From a virus (lineage: Duplodnaviria > Caudoviricetes): a stretch of 40,642 bases of DNA. The stretch is from positions 1 through 40,642 of IMG/VR virus record IMGVR_UViG_3300030433_002216; one strand, 5' to 3'. Of this stretch, positions 36,457-40,642 are shown one piece after another; within the stretch, counting starts at the first letter, position 1, and each line of letters begins with the position of its first letter. Position numbers and translations under genes: made by a program. The notes beneath the pieces were generated by a model. The model was not told where the DNA came from, ran no database searches, and worked only from the letters and a program-made list of their open reading frames with translations.

Positions 36457-36595
36457 GTATTACAAAGTTGGATATTATCTCGGTGATCATCATCGTTTCG
36501 CCACATATTTCACACTAGAAGCAGCACAAGAAGCAATGATGAGAATGATCCAGAGAGGAGTCAGGGTCACTGGACTCGCGTCTGCCATGCTGTGA
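36428..36595 (+). CDS. Hypothetical protein (55 aa)
   Basis: AGGAG SD before ATG 36428 (MVKSRDLPTEYYKVGY...). Confidence 0.65.
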   Translation: MVKSRDLPTEYYKVGYYLGDHHRFATYFTLEAAQEAMMRMIQRGVRVTGLASAML

Positions 36596-36648
36596 CACCC
36601 GACAAGGTGTCTACAGGACGTGCCAGGGGTCTCTGATCCGTGTATATT
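36591..36648 (+). promoter_or_regulatory. Early-type promoter with an upstream GACA box
   Basis: TGTGACA...TGTCTACA imperfect palindrome, then GTGCCA (36620)-N17-TATATT (36643). Confidence 0.65.
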
Positions 36649-36654
36649 AAATGA

Positions 36655-36775
36655 GTCGAGGGGAGACCTGAGACGCACACCGAGAGGTAAATCAAATGTG
36701 TCTCCTTCCGCGAGACCGCCTCTCTCACACAAACTGGGCACGTTAGCGTTGCATCGGTAAGTCCCAGTATTTTTT
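36655..36775 (+). ncRNA. Structured leader or candidate sRNA containing a 16-codon uORF (36696-36746)
   Basis: GC-rich intergenic region with alternative stems and an ACTGGG...CCCAGT-ATTTTTT terminator-like end. Confidence 0.45.
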
Positions 36776-36786
36776 CTTCCTTAACT

Positions 36787-37206
36787 ATGGGCACTCGTTC
36801 ACGCATCGGTAAGCAACTCGCAGACGGATCTATTCTTTCTGTCTATTGCCATTACGATGGTTATCCTGAGTTCAATGGTCGCGTTCTTCGCGATTATTTC
36901 TCCACTAGTGAAAAGGTTTCTGACCTGATTGATGGTGGTGATATGTCTTGCACCTGGACAAATGCGGGTTGGAACAATGAAACTCTTGAGGAAAATGGTC
37001 CTCTTCATTACACTTCCCGTGGTGAATCTATTGTGAACAATGCACCCACACTTCACGATTCCATGATGGATTTCTTGGAAAATGGTGAAGAGTTTGGTTA
37101 TGTGTTTGCAAACGGAGAGTGGACCTGTTATGATACTAAGACCTGGAGCGATACATACAAGCAACAGGTTGCAATTCCCGCAGGAGGCATTACCGATGGA
37201 AACTAA
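36787..37206 (+). CDS. Conserved phage hypothetical protein
   Basis: MGTRSRIG.......SVYCHYDGYP...G..L...LI..GD.S...E.EFGY.F..GEW pattern. Confidence 0.85.
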   Translation: MGTRSRIGKQLADGSILSVYCHYDGYPEFNGRVLRDYFSTSEKVSDLIDGGDMSCTWTNAGWNNETLEENGPLHYTSRGESIVNNAPTLHDSMMDFLENGEEFGYVFANGEWTCYDTKTWSDTYKQQVAIPAGGITDGN

Positions 37207-37333
37207 AATGATCCAAGTTAAGTATTACTTCAAGGAACATCCTAAAACATCTCTTTCTGTTTTTCTAAAAGATCAGAAAGAGGTTGATGCCTTCAAACAA
37301 AAACATCCTAACTATGTGTATGTTGAGGCATGA
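37196..37333 (+). CDS. Hypothetical protein (45 aa)
   Basis: AGGAGG SD before ATG 37196 (METKMIQVKYYF...). Confidence 0.65.
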   Translation: METKMIQVKYYFKEHPKTSLSVFLKDQKEVDAFKQKHPNYVYVEA

Positions 37334-37336
37334 CTT

Positions 37337-37516
37337 ATGGACATTCTATTGATTCTATTGGACATTCTTAAGATGTCGATCGCTACCTGTAGATGGGGCG
37401 AATTGACTGACGAAGAGGTTCAAATTGTAATCAATGCTTCCTTCCTAAAAGTGTTTCACGCCTCTGTACTTCGCAGAGGTCCATTTACTGATTCTCTCAC
37501 AACTTCTGTAGAATGA
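37337..37516 (+). CDS. Hypothetical protein (59 aa, not in the ORF track)
   Basis: MDILLILLDILKMSIATCRWGELTDEEV...; GAGG upstream, tiles between its neighbours. Confidence 0.55.
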   Translation: MDILLILLDILKMSIATCRWGELTDEEVQIVINASFLKVFHASVLRRGPFTDSLTTSVE

Positions 37517-37653
37517 ACAACGAAAAGTACAACGATTTTGATGAACTTTATGATGCTTTCATGGAGTCAGGTAGCGATGAATGGTTGCTACCAGAATGTG
37601 GAGTTGAGGAACAATTTGATAGTGAAACACTGAAAATGCTTAAGGATTTTTGA
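37513..37653 (+). CDS. Small, highly acidic protein (46 aa, not in the ORF track)
   Basis: MNNEKYNDFDELYDAFMESGSDEWLLPECGVEEQFDSETLKMLKDF; ATGA coupling. Confidence 0.6.
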   Translation: MNNEKYNDFDELYDAFMESGSDEWLLPECGVEEQFDSETLKMLKDF

Positions 37654-37657
37654 GCAT

Positions 37658-37716
37658 TGTGACAATCGAATAACCTGCACAGACCTCTTGACTTCTCAGT
37701 CGAGAGGTTTTATATT
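37658..37716 (+). promoter_or_regulatory. Early-type promoter with a GACA box and an 11-bp hairpin over the -35
   Basis: TGTGACAATCGAATAACCTGCACA; ACCTCTTGACT-tctc-AGTCGAGAGGT; TTGACT (37688)-N17-TATATT (37711). Confidence 0.8.
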
Positions 37717-37742
37717 GTATTCATACAAAAGAAACGAGGTCA

Positions 37743-38927
37743 ATGCAACTCCGTCCACACCAGATTCGCATCCTTGATCGTATGCGGAACTACAAAAAAG
37801 GTAAAATCATTGTTCCTACTGGTGGTGGTAAAACAATGTGCATGATTCAAGACACCGCACATTCTCAACAATCTAAGTGTGGTTCTACCACCATTGTTGT
37901 TGCTCCTCGTATTCTCCTTGCAGAACAACTTTGCAGTGAGTTTCTGGAAGTTCTGAACGTAAAATATACTCATGTGATGCACGTTCACTCTGGTGAAACT
38001 CATCACTTCTCTACCACTAACCCTGAGAAGATTCACGTCTTCGCTAACACTGCCCGTGAGGTGGGTGAGGATGTTCTGATCTTCACTACTTACAACTCAC
38101 TGCAACGTATTGCTGATGCAGATATTGAAGTCAATAACATTTACTTTGACGAGGCACACAACTCTGTAAAGAAGAACTTCTTCCCCGCGACTGAACATTT
38201 CAGTGGTGAATCTGATCGTTGTTTCTTCTTCACTGCGACACCAAAACAATCCCTTACTCACAAGAAACCAGGGATGAATTGGGGTCACGTTTATGGTCAG
38301 ACTCTGGTCAATGTTCCTGCTCCTGAGTTGGTTGAAGGTGGTTACATTCTTCCTCCTAAAGTTGTAGTCAAACAACTGGACATGGTTCAAGATAAGATGA
38401 AAGTTTGGTCCCGTGATTGTGACTTTCTGATGAAGACCATTGATGATCAACAGACTGACAAAGTTCTGGTCTGTGCTCGTACTACGAAACAGATTATTGG
38501 TCTCCTGACTGACTCTGACTTCCGTACAGATATTGCATCCCGTGGTTACTCTTGGATGACAATCACCAGTAAGACTGGTGCTATCATTGATGGTAAAAAA
38601 GTCAATCGTGAAGTCTTCTTCGATACTTTGAACGCATGGGGAAAAGATCCTAACAAAAAGTTTGTGGTTCTGCATCACTCTATTCTGTCCGAAGGTATCA
38701 ACGTCAACGGACTGGAGAGTGTTATTTTCCTCCGCAACATGGACTACATTGGTATCAGTCAGTCGATCGGTCGTGTGATCCGTTTGGGTGACACTTCTAA
38801 GACCTTTGGATTGGTCTGCGTCCCTGTTTACGACTCTGTGGGTATCACTACCTCCAAGAAAGTTCAGGCGGTTGTTGATACCGTCTTTGAAAAAGGTCTC
38901 CCTGCAATCTCTGAAATCCGTCGCTGA
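37743..38927 (+). CDS. Superfamily 2 (DEAH/ResIII-like) helicase
   Basis: LRPHQ Q-motif, PTGGGKT Walker A, FDEAH, FTATP, ILSEGINV, QSIGRVIR. Confidence 0.93.
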   Translation: MQLRPHQIRILDRMRNYKKGKIIVPTGGGKTMCMIQDTAHSQQSKCGSTTIVVAPRILLAEQLCSEFLEVLNVKYTHVMHVHSGETHHFSTTNPEKIHVFANTAREVGEDVLIFTTYNSLQRIADADIEVNNIYFDEAHNSVKKNFFPATEHFSGESDRCFFFTATPKQSLTHKKPGMNWGHVYGQTLVNVPAPELVEGGYILPPKVVVKQLDMVQDKMKVWSRDCDFLMKTIDDQQTDKVLVCARTTKQIIGLLTDSDFRTDIASRGYSWMTITSKTGAIIDGKKVNREVFFDTLNAWGKDPNKKFVVLHHSILSEGINVNGLESVIFLRNMDYIGISQSIGRVIRLGDTSKTFGLVCVPVYDSVGITTSKKVQAVVDTVFEKGLPAISEIRR

Positions 38928-38929
38928 TT

Positions 38930-39025
38930 ATGACAATCCCTGATCTTCAAATGTTGGTGTTACTTTTGATGCCAGCAATGTTAATGTCTGTGCTTATTCT
39001 TTGGACTTTTGCTGCTGGAGGTTGA
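38930..39025 (+). CDS. 31-aa hydrophobic membrane peptide (not in the ORF track)
   Basis: MTIPDLQMLVLLLMPAMLMSVLILWTFAAGG; exactly fills the gap between its neighbours. Confidence 0.6.
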   Translation: MTIPDLQMLVLLLMPAMLMSVLILWTFAAGG

Positions 39026-39027
39026 TC

Positions 39028-39576
39028 ATGAAAAAAGACTGGACAATCTATTGCGAGAAGACATTCAACAATCTTCGCGCCAATGCACACAACTGGGGTA
39101 AAAGTAAGGAGTGGGATCGAGCAATCACCCGTGACTTTTACCTCGGTGTGTTTGATTCTGGCAACCCTAATTTCAGTGGGTTGATTAGCGAGAACGCACT
39201 AAACAATAAATTGAATAAGAAAAAGACCACCAACGATCATTGTTACTCACCTCAACAAGTTGGTAGACAGGTGATGGATCAACAGGATATTTTTCTGGAA
39301 AACTATACTAAATTCAAAAACCTATTCTTTTACTGCACCCGACAGATTGTGGTGACTCAGAAAGAAAATGATGAATTATCTTATCTAACACAGAACGATG
39401 AGAATGGGTTTCGATTGTTGTGCCCTACTCATCTTAAATATAAACGACTGGGTATCAAATTGTATCAACGACCTGAAGGTAAAGTTCGATGGAATAGTGC
39501 CATGCCCGTTGATTGTAACATCATAGAAGTTCTCCCAGAACATACAGAATACGAGAAAAAGTTTTTAGTTGTATGA
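39028..39576 (+). CDS. Hypothetical protein
   Basis: GGAGG SD before ATG 39028; DH..SP...VT..EN..L pattern weakly like HNH-type proteins. Confidence 0.75.
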   Translation: MKKDWTIYCEKTFNNLRANAHNWGKSKEWDRAITRDFYLGVFDSGNPNFSGLISENALNNKLNKKKTTNDHCYSPQQVGRQVMDQQDIFLENYTKFKNLFFYCTRQIVVTQKENDELSYLTQNDENGFRLLCPTHLKYKRLGIKLYQRPEGKVRWNSAMPVDCNIIEVLPEHTEYEKKFLVV

Positions 39577-39932
39577 GTTACTATAACCACAATTCATCAC
39601 TCTTTGATCCTAAACCTGTGAGAGATTATGTCTCTCACGATGGAATGTTTGCTGTCATTCCATGTGGAAATAAGTGGATGTTAATTGTTAATGGTGATCA
39701 GATGGGAGTATCATCTTCCTTTGAGATTGCCATGCGTCGATTAGAAAAACTAAAAAACACACATTCTAAATCGAAGAAACGCACGAAGACTCCTGCCAAA
39801 CCAAAATCAAAGAAAATCCAAAATAAACACATACTCCACCCCAGTGGTGGCAAGGGATCTCGGGGACGCGGTGGACAGTCCAAACAAGTGGACACCAATT
39901 CCGCCAACCCCCTGTTAAATGCACTATCTTAA
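39573..39932 (+). CDS. Hypothetical protein with a basic C-terminal tail
   Basis: ATGA coupling; the Lys-rich tail overlaps the next promoter. Confidence 0.7.
   Translation: MSYYNHNSSLFDPKPVRDYVSHDGMFAVIPCGNKWMLIVNGDQMGVSSSFEIAMRRLEKLKNTHSKSKKRTKTPAKPKSKKIQNKHILHPSGGKGSRGRGGQSKQVDTNSANPLLNALS
39871..39930 (+). promoter_or_regulatory. Early-type promoter with GACA boxes
   Basis: GTGGACA direct repeats at 39871 and 39888; CCGCCA-N18-TATCTT followed by AAGTCGAG, as at 36654. Confidence 0.55.
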
Positions 39933-39952
39933 TTAAGTCGAGAGATCAATTC

Positions 39953-40165
39953 ATGACAACTAAGACCAAACGAGTTTGTGTCACTCCGCTGTCTCGTAAA
40001 GCAAAGAATCGCTTTGCTAATGAGATGGATTTGTTTCACACTTGCAATGTTGAGATCGAACGTGAACATGAAGGTCAAAAATGGTGGTATCTTCAGTCAC
40101 TGAATAAGTCTTACTATTTCTGGGTTCCTGCTAAAGGTAATGATGATTGGAAAGTAGAACGATGA
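39953..40165 (+). CDS. Hypothetical protein (70 aa)
   Basis: V.V.P.S.KAKNRFAN.M...L.S.N..Y.FWV....D..W pattern, common in cyanophage early regions. Confidence 0.75.
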   Translation: MTTKTKRVCVTPLSRKAKNRFANEMDLFHTCNVEIEREHEGQKWWYLQSLNKSYYFWVPAKGNDDWKVER

Positions 40166-40458
40166 TCGATGGATTTATCCATGAACCACCAACGGACGAT
40201 CACTATTACGAGGAAGTTTGCTTTAAACGTAATGTTATTGCAATCTTTCTTGTATATCGCCCTGGGTATTTGTTCAATGATCACAATCCACATCGTACTA
40301 TCTGGGGATTCTACGACACCAAGAAAAACCAGTTTCATGCTCCAATCAACTGCAAAAAGGTTGGTAGTGTAGTAGACATCAGGGACACAACTCCATTCAC
40401 CGCAATGCAGTTGAACCTAGAACATTTCAATCCTTTAGAACTAGCACTTTTCACATGA
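40162..40458 (+). CDS. Hypothetical protein
   Basis: ATGA-coupled start at 40162; F.HEPP...TIWGFY..K......PIN.KKVG..V....TTP.TAM. Confidence 0.75.
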   Translation: MIDGFIHEPPTDDHYYEEVCFKRNVIAIFLVYRPGYLFNDHNPHRTIWGFYDTKKNQFHAPINCKKVGSVVDIRDTTPFTAMQLNLEHFNPLELALFT

Positions 40459-40619
40459 CACGTTTCGAGATTACTTACTCTGCTTCAGGTATTCCGCTCA
40501 CTAAGACTGTTGTTGAGGCGATCAATGCACCTGCAGCGAAAAACATTCACAAGTCAATGTATGGAGGAGTGCCTGGTTATGTTCTCCAGTTTATCTCCGT
40601 TCTCTCAAACGGGCATTGA
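40455..40619 (+). CDS. Hypothetical protein (54 aa, not in the ORF track)
   Basis: MTRFEITYSASGIPLTKTVVEAINAPAAKNIHKSMYGG...; ATGA coupling. Confidence 0.6.
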   Translation: MTRFEITYSASGIPLTKTVVEAINAPAAKNIHKSMYGGVPGYVLQFISVLSNGH

Positions 40620-40642
40620 CATCACTAAATAAATCTTTTACA

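Noticed and set aside
36655-36775. Known ribozyme or glnA glutamine riboswitch
   Set aside because: No complete hammerhead core (CUGAnGA with GAAA) and no CGUUCA...GGAAGUA glnA pattern; kept only as an unknown structure.
37338-37370. Short direct repeat TGGACATTCT (two copies)
   Set aside because: Only two copies within a coding region (DIL..LDIL); a local duplication, not an array.
39838-39862. CCCAGT-N5-CAAGGG, possible recombination-site-like half palindrome
   Set aside because: Single imperfect copy with no recombinase in the window; cannot be supported.

Overview
A 40.6 kb segment of a T4-like cyanophage (cyanomyovirus) genome, AT-rich and densely coding. From left to right: (1) replication and late-transcription genes (PD-(D/E)xK exonuclease, gp33, gp59, DUF1825-like, gp32); (2) a divergent baseplate/tail module (minus strand gp4-gp2-gp48-gp53; plus strand gp54-like, gp26, gp51, two tape-measure-like paralogues with different peptidoglycan hydrolase domains, gp27-like, cp12, a split gp5 region, virion proteins); (3) accessory enzymes dispersed among the structural genes (two 2OG-Fe(II) oxygenases, ParB/Srx-like proteins, a PLP enzyme plus a radical SAM/SPASM enzyme, an AsnB-like amidotransferase), tRNA-Leu(UAA), cpeT, tRNA-Thr(UGU) and a 2211-aa tail fibre with an S74 chaperone; (4) an early-type region of small ORFs and an SF2 helicase. 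Main leads: a candidate programmed -1 frameshift fusing gp26 to gp51 (lambda G/GT-like, with a dnaX-like upstream SD); two candidate non-coding RNAs sharing a CCTTCCGYGWGAC core; a possible small-molecule or virion-modification pathway; and a gp53 with a symmetric stalk plus beta-propeller insertion. All calls come from motif recognition and synteny by eye; no database searches were run, and domain boundaries are approximate.
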